IMG/VR virus record: IMGVR_UViG_3300047554_000255
Location: 1-64,000 of that record
Reading direction: 5' to 3' (one strand)
Source of the DNA: a virus
DNA: 64,000 bases
Translations under genes and position numbers: made by a program
In this document: positions 1-8,977 of the stretch, in pieces
Layout: every line of letters starts with the position of its first letter
Numbering within the stretch: the first letter of the stretch is position 1
Notes under the pieces: generated by a model
Told to the model about the DNA's origin: nothing
Databases searched by the model: none
What the model saw: the letters and a program-made list of their open reading frames with translations, nothing else

Positions 1-134
1 ACTTCAAGATACAAGCTAGTCAGTGTAAAACGCTTGTAGAACGAGAGATAATAAACATAGTTTGCTTATGGCCACGCGATGCGTCAACTGAGCCATGAAC
101 GCTAATTGCATACTTGAACTCTCAACTATTACTC

Positions 135-162
135 AACCTGTATAAATCATACAGGTTTTTTT
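135..162 (+). terminator. Rho-independent terminator
   Basis: AACCTGTAT-aaatc-ATACAGGTT perfect 9-bp stem followed by a T-run. Confidence 0.75.
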
Positions 163-193
163 GTTTATTTCTCACACTTTAACAGTTTAAACT

Positions 194-391
194 ATGGCTG
201 AAGAAAAACCCAGAAACCCATTTGGGATCTCGTACAATCAATGGATAGCCAGATTGAACGAAGAGATCGTAAAAGATCAAACAAAGTTGGCAGCAAAAAA
301 GGATCATATCCCACTGTCACAAATCAACTCTCACTCACAATTAAAACTACACAAAAAACATGTCACAGAAAGTATTAGCAAGAGGTCATAA
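194..391 (+). CDS. hypothetical protein
   Basis: 65-aa ORF with A-rich leader, first in the + strand gene array. Confidence 0.6.
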   Translation: MAEEKPRNPFGISYNQWIARLNEEIVKDQTKLAAKKDHIPLSQINSHSQLKLHKKHVTESISKRS

Positions 392-755
392 AAAGTATAA
401 CTTAATCGTTTACATGGGTCTATGCGGAATGATGACTAACTTCATTGAAGAAAACGTCTTTCCTGACAAGTCAATGACAAAACAGAAAGTTAAGTTGTTG
501 ACTAAACAACTGCATGGTGAACTATTAAAAGTAGTTGATAGCTTCTTTGATCGTATAAAAGATGATGTTGATCATGATCCAATGGAGTTAACAGAGCAAA
601 TACACATAGCTACTATTGCTATGGAACACTTCTTTAGACTAGCTCTACAGATTGAAGACCTTGATGATATGAAGAAACAAGGCTTAGTTACGCAGTTGAA
701 TATCTTACTTGTATCATATGGTCTAGAAACTATTGAAATCCCAGTTGGTATATGA
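360..755 (+). CDS. hypothetical protein
   Basis: 131-aa ORF overlapping both neighbours in the tightly packed array. Confidence 0.7.
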   Translation: MSQKVLARGHKKYNLIVYMGLCGMMTNFIEENVFPDKSMTKQKVKLLTKQLHGELLKVVDSFFDRIKDDVDHDPMELTEQIHIATIAMEHFFRLALQIEDLDDMKKQGLVTQLNILLVSYGLETIEIPVGI

Positions 756-1417
756 AAAAACTAAAGCTTTTAAACTCAGTAGATAGTAAAGTATACTTTA
801 CTTCTGATACTCATTATGGTCATAAGAACATATGTAAAGGTGTAACCTCATGGGAAGATGCAAATGACTCTACAAGAGACTTTGATACCCTAGAAGAGAT
901 GAATGAATGGCTTATTCATGGTATCAACTTACTTGTAAAACGACAAGATATACTTATTCATCTTGGAGACTGGTCTTTTGGTGGCTTTGAAAACGTAAGA
1001 AAGTTTAGAGAAAGAATATGGTGTGAAAACATACATCTCGTTCTTGGTAATCATGATCATCATATTGAAAACAATCGCGAAGGTATACAAGATATCTTTA
1101 CATCTGTTAGTGATATGCTTGAGATTGAGATAAACTATGTTGCTGGTGGTCAAGTAACTGCAAGCTATATGGTTCAAGCATGTCATTATCCAATGATGTC
1201 TTGGAAAGATATGAACAAAGGAGCTATTCATCTTCATGGACATGTTCATTTACCAGGACATAATAAACATGCTGGTAAAGGACGTATCATGGATGTTGGC
1301 GTTGATGCAAACGGTATGCTTCCTGTTCCTTTTAGAGCTATTGCAATGATGTTAAAAGACAGAGAACCTGTATCATCATTACCTTTTCCAGATCATCACT
1401 CAAAAAACATACGATGA
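752..1417 (+). CDS. calcineurin-like metallophosphoesterase
   Basis: Motifs FTSDTHYGH, HLGD, LGNHD, CHYP, HLHGHVH, DVGVD. Confidence 0.92.
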   Translation: MKKLKLLNSVDSKVYFTSDTHYGHKNICKGVTSWEDANDSTRDFDTLEEMNEWLIHGINLLVKRQDILIHLGDWSFGGFENVRKFRERIWCENIHLVLGNHDHHIENNREGIQDIFTSVSDMLEIEINYVAGGQVTASYMVQACHYPMMSWKDMNKGAIHLHGHVHLPGHNKHAGKGRIMDVGVDANGMLPVPFRAIAMMLKDREPVSSLPFPDHHSKNIR

Positions 1418-1653
1418 AAGAGACACTAAAACTATTTGCAGTTATTGCATTGATATGCACACCTGTATTCTTTGTAGCTCAATGTGCTGCAACACCAGAT
1501 GTTCAGTATAAGTATGACATATATGTAACAAATGGAGGAACTTATCATACAAACTCGTTTAGATTATACGGTAGAAGTATTATCTTTGACACTGATACTA
1601 AGCGAGTTATAGTTAGTGGTGACTATGTCATCGTATCAAAGCTTGATGAGTAA
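1414..1653 (+). CDS. small exported/membrane protein
   Basis: N-terminal hydrophobic stretch (LFAVIALICTPVFFVAQC); ATGA overlap with upstream gene. Confidence 0.6.
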   Translation: MKETLKLFAVIALICTPVFFVAQCAATPDVQYKYDIYVTNGGTYHTNSFRLYGRSIIFDTDTKRVIVSGDYVIVSKLDE

Positions 1654-1654
1654 T

Positions 1655-1684
1655 AGAGCTAGTCACAAAGACTAGTTCTTTTTT
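1655..1684 (+). terminator. Rho-independent terminator
   Basis: AGAGCTAGTC-acaaa-GACTAGTTCT stem followed by a T-run. Confidence 0.7.
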
Positions 1685-1703
1685 AATCTTTAAAAACCCT
1701 GTT

Positions 1704-2102
1704 ATGGAAAACCTATTACCTGTTGTTGGTCGTGTACTATCATTATGCTTATTGATATACACGGTTAGTGCTTTAGTTATAACTATCGCATTTTGGGACA
1801 TGTTTAAAAGCTTACCAAAAACGTATGCTGCATTAAGAGATGGTCGCTATACTTTGCAAGAAAACTTCAATGGTACAAGATACTTTATGAAGAAAGAAAC
1901 CCATCTTAGATGGTGGCAAAGATGGGGTGGTGCAGATACTATTATTATCTTTGATGACAATGCTGTAAAGCTGCTTGGAAGCGATTTATATCTTCACGGT
2001 TACCCACTAGTTATTTTTCATCCGTATTATACATATTGGAGAATCCGTTATGACCGTTTAATCAAACATAAAGAAGATGAGTGGAATAAAGTACAACCGT
2101 AG
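1704..2102 (+). CDS. hypothetical membrane protein
   Basis: 132 aa with an N-terminal transmembrane segment. Confidence 0.65.
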   Translation: MENLLPVVGRVLSLCLLIYTVSALVITIAFWDMFKSLPKTYAALRDGRYTLQENFNGTRYFMKKETHLRWWQRWGGADTIIIFDDNAVKLLGSDLYLHGYPLVIFHPYYTYWRIRYDRLIKHKEDEWNKVQP

Positions 2103-2493
2103 AGTAGTAGAGATATTACTACTATGCTTATTTGCAATAGCACTAGTAAACGTTTCCATCTTACTAGCAAAAAATGCTGAAGATGGTGTAAAGCAAAAGC
2201 AAATCAAGTCTCAGAAACTATTAAATCAAGTTGATAGCTCATCAGCAAAATGTGATAGTGTTACATCACAAGCTCTTGTTCAAGTAGAACGTGGAGCAAA
2301 AGCTAATGAACATCTATTAGAGCTTATTGGTAAATATGAGTTAGCTCTTGAGCAATTAAGAACACATGACTTTGAAGCATACAAGTATTTTGTTAAGACT
2401 GCTCAGTTCAAAGAGGAGTACAATGAGTTAGTGAACTACGAGTTTCACGGAGAGAATAAGTATATAAAAGAAAAAGCTAACAGTTATAAGTAA
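2077..2493 (+). CDS. membrane-anchored coiled-coil protein
   Basis: N-terminal TM helix followed by a helical, heptad-like region. Confidence 0.65.
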   Translation: MSGIKYNRRVVEILLLCLFAIALVNVSILLAKNAEDGVKQKQIKSQKLLNQVDSSSAKCDSVTSQALVQVERGAKANEHLLELIGKYELALEQLRTHDFEAYKYFVKTAQFKEEYNELVNYEFHGENKYIKEKANSYK

Positions 2494-2765
2494 TGCGAAG
2501 AATAATTATCTATGCAATCTGTACTCTAGGAGTATTAGGTTGTGTGTATCCAAAGTATAAGATTCGTGTAGCTAGTACGACTCCTGATACAAAGGTATAT
2601 ACACCAATGCAAAAGAAGAAGCTAGTTAAAGACTGGCAAGAAGGTACACCTGTATTTAGTATATCTGAAGCACAGTATCAAGTACGTGATTGGCAGAAAG
2701 CTAATGAGTTTGAAAGACGTGCACAAAGAGCTGCATATATCAAAGTTAAACGCATAAAGCCATGA
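2493..2765 (+). CDS. putative lipoprotein
   Basis: MRR + hydrophobic stretch + LGVLG-C lipobox-like site. Confidence 0.6.
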   Translation: MRRIIIYAICTLGVLGCVYPKYKIRVASTTPDTKVYTPMQKKKLVKDWQEGTPVFSISEAQYQVRDWQKANEFERRAQRAAYIKVKRIKP

Positions 2766-2827
2766 CAGTAGTAGTTTTTATACTTGGTGTTATCGCTGGT
2801 ATGCGTATTCATTCACTATTAAATAAT
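2762..2827 (+). CDS. 21-aa hydrophobic micropeptide (MTVVVFILGVIAGMRIHSLLK)
   Basis: ATGA overlap with upstream stop; fills the gap to the next gene; not in the ORF track. Confidence 0.45.
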
Positions 2828-2834
2828 AAGTAAG

Positions 2835-3554
2835 ATGAAGATACTTCATATATCAGACACACACAGCTTTCATGAAATGATGCCTGAAGATAGGTTCTTA
2901 GGTATTGACGTAGTTATACATAGTGGGGATTGTTCTAATCCAAAGAACCCTTACACGAATGAACATGAGGTAAGAAAGTTTATCGATTGGTATGCTATGG
3001 TTCCTGTACAACACAAAATCTATGTTGCAGGTAATCATGATACATCAATTGAGCGTAGACTTGTTAAAGCAACTGACTTTGAAGATAAGGGTATTATATA
3101 CCTTGAGAATGATAGTGTTACTATTGATGGTGTTAACTTCTGGGGATCACCACATACTCCAAAGTTTGGTGACTGGGCTTTTATGAAAGCAAGAGACAAA
3201 CTAAACAAAGTATGGGAATCAATACCAGATAATACTGATGTCATTATTGTTCATGGTCCACCAAAAAGTGTTAGAGACCTTAGTTATAATCGTGCTGGTG
3301 AACTTGAGTTCTGTGGTTGTTCAGCGTTGATGAAACGTTGTTTAGCTTTAAAAGATAATCTCAAGCTTGTAGCCTTTGGACATATCCATAACATGGATGG
3401 TATAGAGACTAATCAAGGCGTATCACAATACTCGACCACGCCTACTATATTCTCGAATGGTGCTTGTGTATATGATGGTAGATTTAGACAAGGTTTAACC
3501 TCATTTGGTAATGTAATAGAACTAGCTAAACAACAAGACCATGAAACTAAATGA
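2835..3554 (+). CDS. metallophosphoesterase (MPPED/239FB-like)
   Basis: Motifs HISDTH, HSGD, AGNHD, HGPP, FGHIH. Confidence 0.92.
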   Translation: MKILHISDTHSFHEMMPEDRFLGIDVVIHSGDCSNPKNPYTNEHEVRKFIDWYAMVPVQHKIYVAGNHDTSIERRLVKATDFEDKGIIYLENDSVTIDGVNFWGSPHTPKFGDWAFMKARDKLNKVWESIPDNTDVIIVHGPPKSVRDLSYNRAGELEFCGCSALMKRCLALKDNLKLVAFGHIHNMDGIETNQGVSQYSTTPTIFSNGACVYDGRFRQGLTSFGNVIELAKQQDHETK

Positions 3555-3750
3555 ATTAAAGCCTAATACCTTCTATACAGGATATTCAGCTGATGGTTCA
3601 GATATCCAGGAGGTTGAAGGTATGTATGTTTCATCATGTGGTAACTTCTGGAGCTCTACACCTTTTACAAAGCAAGAAGAAAAAGCTTGTAGAAAGAATG
3701 CGTACAAGAGAAGAATAAGAAACCTAATGAACTCAGAGTTTAAACAATAA
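3541..3750 (+). CDS. hypothetical protein
   Basis: 69-aa ORF in the contiguous array. Confidence 0.55.
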   Translation: MKLNELKPNTFYTGYSADGSDIQEVEGMYVSSCGNFWSSTPFTKQEEKACRKNAYKRRIRNLMNSEFKQ

Positions 3751-3754
3751 GACA

Positions 3755-3958
3755 ATGACTGAAGATGAAGTATATAGTGCTATAGAAAACACTATCATAA
3801 AATGGGTTATTGACGGTACTAAAACTGCAGGTTCTTTAACTAGAGAGATTATGCCAATAGTAAAAAAGTATAAACCAACTCCTTACCAGGAACATCGTAA
3901 GATTAAAGACGAGTGGGGTAATACCGACTGGCGAGATACAGGTGAAATGGGAGGCTAA
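3755..3958 (+). CDS. hypothetical protein
   Basis: 67-aa ORF in the contiguous array. Confidence 0.6.
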   Translation: MTEDEVYSAIENTIIKWVIDGTKTAGSLTREIMPIVKKYKPTPYQEHRKIKDEWGNTDWRDTGEMGG

Positions 3959-3969
3959 ACAACAAGAAG

Positions 3970-4383
3970 ATGGCAAATAAAGAAGAAGATGAGTTATTAG
4001 ACTATCCTTATCCAGATAAGTTATTAGATGAAGATGGATACCCAACTGAAGAAGCTTTAGATTATATCAAAAACTGGAGCTGTGGTTTTGTTAACGGTAC
4101 TTATGTCTTAGGTAAGTATTACAAGAATCTTGACTTTACAGACCTTATTGAGTATATCCGATCTATCTGGTATTATGATGATGCTATTGTTTATAAGCAT
4201 GGTCTTTTAGAGATACATACACTAGGTTGGTCTGGTAATGAAGATATCATTCGTGAGTTACGTAATACTACTATGTGGCAGTTTAGACACGAAGCTACAG
4301 AATCAGGTGGTCACTACTACTTTCGTTTGAATAAGAAGAGTAGATATACTTGGGCAGTAAAAAGAGTTAAAGCACTTTGGTAA
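3970..4383 (+). CDS. hypothetical phage protein
   Basis: 137 aa; DEDGYPTEEAL...HTLGWSGNE...GGHYYF pattern resembles a recurrent small phage protein. Confidence 0.7.
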   Translation: MANKEEDELLDYPYPDKLLDEDGYPTEEALDYIKNWSCGFVNGTYVLGKYYKNLDFTDLIEYIRSIWYYDDAIVYKHGLLEIHTLGWSGNEDIIRELRNTTMWQFRHEATESGGHYYFRLNKKSRYTWAVKRVKALW

Positions 4384-4649
4384 TGGAATCACCTTATTTA
4401 ATGTTAATCCTTGCTATACTATCAATGGGTATGTTTCTTCCAGCCCCTCCAGGAATCTTTGGAGCTTTGCTGGATTACTATGTTTTTGGTGGTAAGGAAG
4501 AAGAACGAAGAAAACAAAGACTGTTTGAGCTATTGCAAAAACTTGAAGATCATGGTACTGACTTTCATACTGAGCTTAGAAAAGCCAGAAAAGGTGAGAG
4601 TAAATACTTCACAGTAAACAATGTTCGACGTAAACAACAAGACAAATGA
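4377..4649 (+). CDS. hypothetical membrane protein
   Basis: N-terminal hydrophobic segment; overlaps neighbours. Confidence 0.6.
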   Translation: MVMESPYLMLILAILSMGMFLPAPPGIFGALLDYYVFGGKEEERRKQRLFELLQKLEDHGTDFHTELRKARKGESKYFTVNNVRRKQQDK

Positions 4650-4888
4650 CATACGAAGAAGCACAAGAGTTATCTCTTATAGTAAAGTGGAAAACATCCA
4701 CTTGTAGTCAAGGTGAAGAGTGCTGGTGTAGAACTATTGTTCCTGTTGTACCTATTCTATATAGCGAGTATCAAATGATTGATACAGAACAAGAGTATAC
4801 AGTAGTACGTCCAGGTGAACTTAATAAAGAACTAGCCGAACACTTTGTTAGATTACATAATAATTGGATAGATGACGAAAGAGAGTAA
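4646..4888 (+). CDS. hypothetical protein
   Basis: 80 aa; CSQGEECWC motif and HFVRLHN C-terminus. Confidence 0.6.
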   Translation: MTYEEAQELSLIVKWKTSTCSQGEECWCRTIVPVVPILYSEYQMIDTEQEYTVVRPGELNKELAEHFVRLHNNWIDDERE

Positions 4889-5231
4889 ATATGGTAAAGT
4901 AGTCACTGGGAGTGGTGAACTAGAAATAATAGACTTTGTACAAGCACATTATCTTGATAATCGTACAATAACAGTTGCTTCATTAGAAGATGGTAGTTAT
5001 GCTTTACTTGTTGAGAATCCTGAATCATCAGGAAGAAACACAACATCAAAGATGTGGTTAAGTAAAGAAAGTACTGTAGGTTTATTTAGCACTATATCTA
5101 TGCACTTTGAAGCAAAAGGTATAAACTTGCTTGATGAGTTAAAACAAGCACTTAATAGTGATGGAAAGATATCTTATGGTATCTCTGACAACCTACAAAA
5201 ACTAAAAGATGATGACAAAACTAGTAGTTAA
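4872..5231 (+). CDS. hypothetical protein
   Basis: 119-aa ORF in array. Confidence 0.65.
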   Translation: MTKESKYGKVVTGSGELEIIDFVQAHYLDNRTITVASLEDGSYALLVENPESSGRNTTSKMWLSKESTVGLFSTISMHFEAKGINLLDELKQALNSDGKISYGISDNLQKLKDDDKTSS

Positions 5232-5511
5232 ACTAAACATTCTGTGGAATATCATAACTAACAAGTATAAGCACTTTGTTGTACTTGATATCAGTGAAGA
5301 GCAGATGATCAATCTGTTTTCTGATGAAGACTTTGAAGTTGAAGTAATGTATCATGGGCTACAACCTTATGTTGTTCAGAGAATGATTAATCAGTGCTCA
5401 ACTGTAAAAGATGATATCGATATGATATTAGATAAAGCACAGTTTGAAGCAGAAGCTGAGTTACATAACCGTAAAAAAAAGCCAGATGGTAATCAAACAT
5501 CAGAAGACTAA
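5209..5511 (+). CDS. hypothetical protein
   Basis: 100-aa ORF in array. Confidence 0.6.
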   Translation: MMTKLVVKLNILWNIITNKYKHFVVLDISEEQMINLFSDEDFEVEVMYHGLQPYVVQRMINQCSTVKDDIDMILDKAQFEAEAELHNRKKKPDGNQTSED

Positions 5512-6358
5512 AACATTAGTCACAAAACCAAATGGGAGGAGTAGCGATGCTGTTTCTCCCAACTTTATTTATGGGTGTGCAGGAGGATGTATGGTATCAT
5601 ATTGTTATGTTGGACGATTTAACGATACAACAGTTTATATCAATGATAATGTTGACGACATACTAGCTAGTATTGAAAGCTGGGTTGATAAACAACCATG
5701 GCCTAAAGAACCTAACCAGTGTGATGATAGATACTATACTATCGATATTGGTTGTAGTACTGATATTGCTTTACATCATAAACATTATGACTGGCAAAAA
5801 GTATTTACGTTCTTTAATGAGCATCCAAAACTGAAGAGCACGTTTGCAACAAAGTATCCTAATAGATTTCCTCTTGATGATTATATAATAGATCCTACAA
5901 AGAACCGTATTAGAGTGTCTTTAATGCCTCAGATATATGCTGAGATACTTGAGCCTAATACAACTCGTATTGATAAAAGGATTGCTAGTATAAAAGATCT
6001 ACAAAAGAAGTTTGAAGTACACATAAACTTCTCTCCTATTATCATTAGAGAAGAAAGTAGTTGGTTGCATCAATATGCTAAGTTATTTAATTCATTACGT
6101 GTTCTTGGTATTGATGTACCATGTGAGTGTATCTTTATGACTTATAGTGATATACAAGCAAAGCGTAATCAAGAGAGTGAAGAAGGTAAACGCATCAATG
6201 TATTACTCTATAATCCAGCCTCGCAAGAGTACAAGAAATCAGAGTATGGAGGTATAAACTTGCGTTACTCACGAGACATAAAGCCTCTAGCGATTGATAC
6301 GTTTAAGGCAGTTTATCGTCAGTACTTTGATGTATCTAATATCAGATATATTTTTTAA
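5486..6358 (+). CDS. spore photoproduct lyase-like radical SAM protein
   Basis: GCAGGCMVSYCYV cluster-binding motif; DIGCSTD, FATKY, RIRVSLMP, NFSPII and LRY match SplB-family blocks. Start moved to the ATG at 5486. Confidence 0.8.
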   Translation: MVIKHQKTKTLVTKPNGRSSDAVSPNFIYGCAGGCMVSYCYVGRFNDTTVYINDNVDDILASIESWVDKQPWPKEPNQCDDRYYTIDIGCSTDIALHHKHYDWQKVFTFFNEHPKLKSTFATKYPNRFPLDDYIIDPTKNRIRVSLMPQIYAEILEPNTTRIDKRIASIKDLQKKFEVHINFSPIIIREESSWLHQYAKLFNSLRVLGIDVPCECIFMTYSDIQAKRNQESEEGKRINVLLYNPASQEYKKSEYGGINLRYSRDIKPLAIDTFKAVYRQYFDVSNIRYIF

Positions 6359-6371
6359 CTTGCAAAAAACT

Positions 6372-6680
6372 ATGAGCAATCAAAGAAATGAGTATACTAA
6401 GTTTGGTATTAACTATATTAGCAGCAACTCAACACTAATATATAATCATGTTGCTTTACATGAAGAGACAGGTAATGTATTAGAGGTAAAAGAGTTTTAT
6501 GATAATGGAGTTAGTAACGGTTGGTTGCCACACAATCTACCAGGAGAGATAGCAAGTACATGCGGTGCAAACTTTGCAATAAACGTAAAGCTCCATGTTG
6601 AGATAACAGCTGAAGAGTTTTGGCTGGTATATGAACGAGTAGCAACAAAGCTACTATTATTAGCAATAAGCAATGAATAA
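6372..6680 (+). CDS. hypothetical protein
   Basis: ATG at 6372 after an A-rich leader. Confidence 0.6.
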   Translation: MSNQRNEYTKFGINYISSNSTLIYNHVALHEETGNVLEVKEFYDNGVSNGWLPHNLPGEIASTCGANFAINVKLHVEITAEEFWLVYERVATKLLLLAISNE

Positions 6681-7221
6681 GTTAAAAGAGATACAACTAA
6701 AGTTGATATACTGGAAACATCGAGTATATACGTTAGTAAGCAATCTATGGTATTGGATACCACGAATCTACGACTGTAACCCTTGGGATTATGTGTACTT
6801 AGAAAGACTAGTAACAGATCAGCTTGCTCGTATGACTAATGAGTTTGAGTTATTCAATGCTAAGTATAACTCAGAGCGTGAACTAAGAGAGATAAAGATA
6901 GCTCATAAGTTATTATATCGAGTACAGACTGGTTATTACCACAATGAACTAGATAAATACTATGGTGCAGATTATAATATCGATGCTCAAGGACATTTTA
7001 CAGCAACAACTAACTTCGACAACCTTGGTGAATACTTTGATAAGTATCCAAATGCATACAAAAAAGCAGTTCGTTGGCATAGTAAGATGAGTAAAGCAGA
7101 ACATGGTAGTGATAAGTCTAGATTTATGATAGGCAACTATATGTCTGAGATTCTGCATTCAAAAGCTAGACGATTAGCTTATAAAATAATCGCTGAATAC
7201 TCACCAAGATGGTGGGTTTAA
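6673..7221 (+). CDS. hypothetical protein
   Basis: 182 aa, aromatic-rich (WDYVYL...RWW). Confidence 0.7.
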   Translation: MNKLKEIQLKLIYWKHRVYTLVSNLWYWIPRIYDCNPWDYVYLERLVTDQLARMTNEFELFNAKYNSERELREIKIAHKLLYRVQTGYYHNELDKYYGADYNIDAQGHFTATTNFDNLGEYFDKYPNAYKKAVRWHSKMSKAEHGSDKSRFMIGNYMSEILHSKARRLAYKIIAEYSPRWWV

Positions 7222-7230
7222 ATACTTAGT

Positions 7231-7821
7231 ATGAAAAAATCAAAGATAACACTGTTGATTAATGAGTTTAAAGATCTCATGGAAAAGATGCTTGTTGACG
7301 ATGGAGAACTATCTCCAACAATAGGTATCATAGCTCAGAAACAAGAAGCTAAAGATGAGACTGAAAGAGACCACTTGATGATCTGTCCTTTACCAGATAG
7401 ATTACTAGAAACAAGAGACTCAAAAGCTTTTCTTATGGAGGATATATTACCTAAGTTAGGTGATAAGCTTACAAAAGATAAGTTTACTGTAGTTGGTTCA
7501 ATCTTTGCTTATGTTGGAATGGTAAGAACAGTCCCAACAGATGCGTTAGATAGTAAATCAGTAGAAGATGTAACTGAGGATGATATAAAACATGTCAAAC
7601 CAAAAGAGATACTTTTCTTACACTATCAATCTGAAAGTGAAGACCTAGTAAATGCCTTTAACATAACAAGAAAAGGCAAAGCTGTAAACGCAGAAGGTAA
7701 CTTAGTTGATATAGTTACATTAACAAAGAACAGCAAGATGTCAGCAAAGACAACTGACCCAGTGGTTATTGGAGGTAGTCTTAGTGCTGTTTATAAACAG
7801 ATAACTAAAAACGTTAAATAA
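7231..7821 (+). CDS. hypothetical protein
   Basis: 196-aa ORF. Confidence 0.7.
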   Translation: MKKSKITLLINEFKDLMEKMLVDDGELSPTIGIIAQKQEAKDETERDHLMICPLPDRLLETRDSKAFLMEDILPKLGDKLTKDKFTVVGSIFAYVGMVRTVPTDALDSKSVEDVTEDDIKHVKPKEILFLHYQSESEDLVNAFNITRKGKAVNAEGNLVDIVTLTKNSKMSAKTTDPVVIGGSLSAVYKQITKNVK

Positions 7822-7976
7822 TGGGATTACTAGATTTTTTCCAGTCACGACAAATACGTGATCTAAAACAAGAGTTAGCAGAAGCAAAAGTAGAACTAGA
7901 CAAACGTCAAGAAGCAATCAATAGAACGAATGCTTACTGGAAACGAGTTGTCAGTGATCTACGCCGTAAAAAATAG
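7821..7976 (+). CDS. 51-aa coiled-coil protein (MGLLDFFQSRQIRDLKQELAEAK...)
   Basis: TAATG overlap with upstream stop; not in the ORF track. Confidence 0.6.
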   Translation: MGLLDFFQSRQIRDLKQELAEAKVELDKRQEAINRTNAYWKRVVSDLRRKK

Positions 7977-8041
7977 TTGATGGTATAGCTCTATAGTCCA
8001 TTGTTCGTTTATTATAGCCTTTTTTGGTGAAAAGTAACTTA

Positions 8042-8049
8042 TATATTTG
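8042..8049 (+). promoter_or_regulatory. Bacteroidota sigma-70 -7 element (TATATTTG)
   Basis: Matches TAnnTTTG; intergenic, ~20 nt upstream of ATG 8071. Confidence 0.6.
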
Positions 8050-8070
8050 CATTACTTACTATGCCTATAT

Positions 8071-8325
8071 ATGATTTATCAAATGCCAAACGGGAAGATT
8101 ATTGAAATGTCAGTAGAACAATACTTAGACATGACTGATGATGACTTCCAAGACTTAATGGCAAACAACTACGGAGAAGAGGTAGAGGATCCATGGTTTG
8201 GATCAGTACTGACTAGCACTAAGTCCTACCCCGATATACCTGAGATAGAAGACTTAACACAGATATCTTTTGAAGATAAGATCAAACCAACTGATCTTGA
8301 TTTACCTGATACAGTAGAAGAGTAA
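8071..8325 (+). CDS. acidic hypothetical protein
   Basis: MIYQMPNGKIIEMSVEQYL...; start moved to the ATG at 8071. Confidence 0.65.
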   Translation: MIYQMPNGKIIEMSVEQYLDMTDDDFQDLMANNYGEEVEDPWFGSVLTSTKSYPDIPEIEDLTQISFEDKIKPTDLDLPDTVEE

Positions 8326-8349
8326 CAATTTTTTTCATAAGTAACGGTT

Positions 8350-8384
8350 AATCCTACCTGGTCTTGCTGGGTAGGATTTTTTTT
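8350..8384 (+). terminator. Rho-independent terminator
   Basis: AATCCTACC...GGTAGGATT stem followed by a T-run. Confidence 0.8.
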
Positions 8385-8416
8385 GTCCTTGTAAATAACT
8401 TAAACTAACAAATAAC

Positions 8417-8917
8417 ATGTCAAAACAAGTATTAGTATCCGCAGATGAGTTTGGTAATGTAGTACACATGTCTCCAAACAACCCAGAGTATGGCTTTGTA
8501 ATCGTAAAGCAACATACTCACACCATTAGTGATAATGGATGGTTAAGATTATCAAAGCGTTCAGCATTGATTAAAGGTTTAGTAACTGATTTAGTTGCAG
8601 CAAACTTTAAAGCTGATCAACCATTACCTGGTCGTATCATTGTTAAAGAATCTTTAGAACCGTTTAACCCAGAGAATCCAGACCAGCATTTGAAGATTGC
8701 AGGTACAACAGGTGTTGTATGTAACATTGATGGACAACCTATCTATAGAGATACGTTCTATGTTAATGATGCAGATGCACATGATGTATTAATCATGCAT
8801 GATGAAGAATGTTCAGAAGCAATCCGTAATGCAATGAAAGCAGAAAAGGTTCTTGCTGATAAGTTTATTAAGAAGTCAACAAACATTGAAGACTTCGAAA
8901 GAGAAGCCGTTTTATAA
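8417..8917 (+). CDS. hypothetical protein
   Basis: 166-aa ORF bracketed by terminators. Confidence 0.75.
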   Translation: MSKQVLVSADEFGNVVHMSPNNPEYGFVIVKQHTHTISDNGWLRLSKRSALIKGLVTDLVAANFKADQPLPGRIIVKESLEPFNPENPDQHLKIAGTTGVVCNIDGQPIYRDTFYVNDADAHDVLIMHDEECSEAIRNAMKAEKVLADKFIKKSTNIEDFEREAVL

Positions 8918-8928
8918 TATGTAGTTTA

Positions 8929-8957
8929 GGGAGGAGTCATAGTGATTCCTCCTTTTT
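8929..8957 (+). terminator. Rho-independent terminator
   Basis: GGAGGAGTCA-tag-TGATTCCTCC followed by T5. Confidence 0.8.
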
Positions 8958-8977
8958 ATCTTTAAATCATCTCACAC

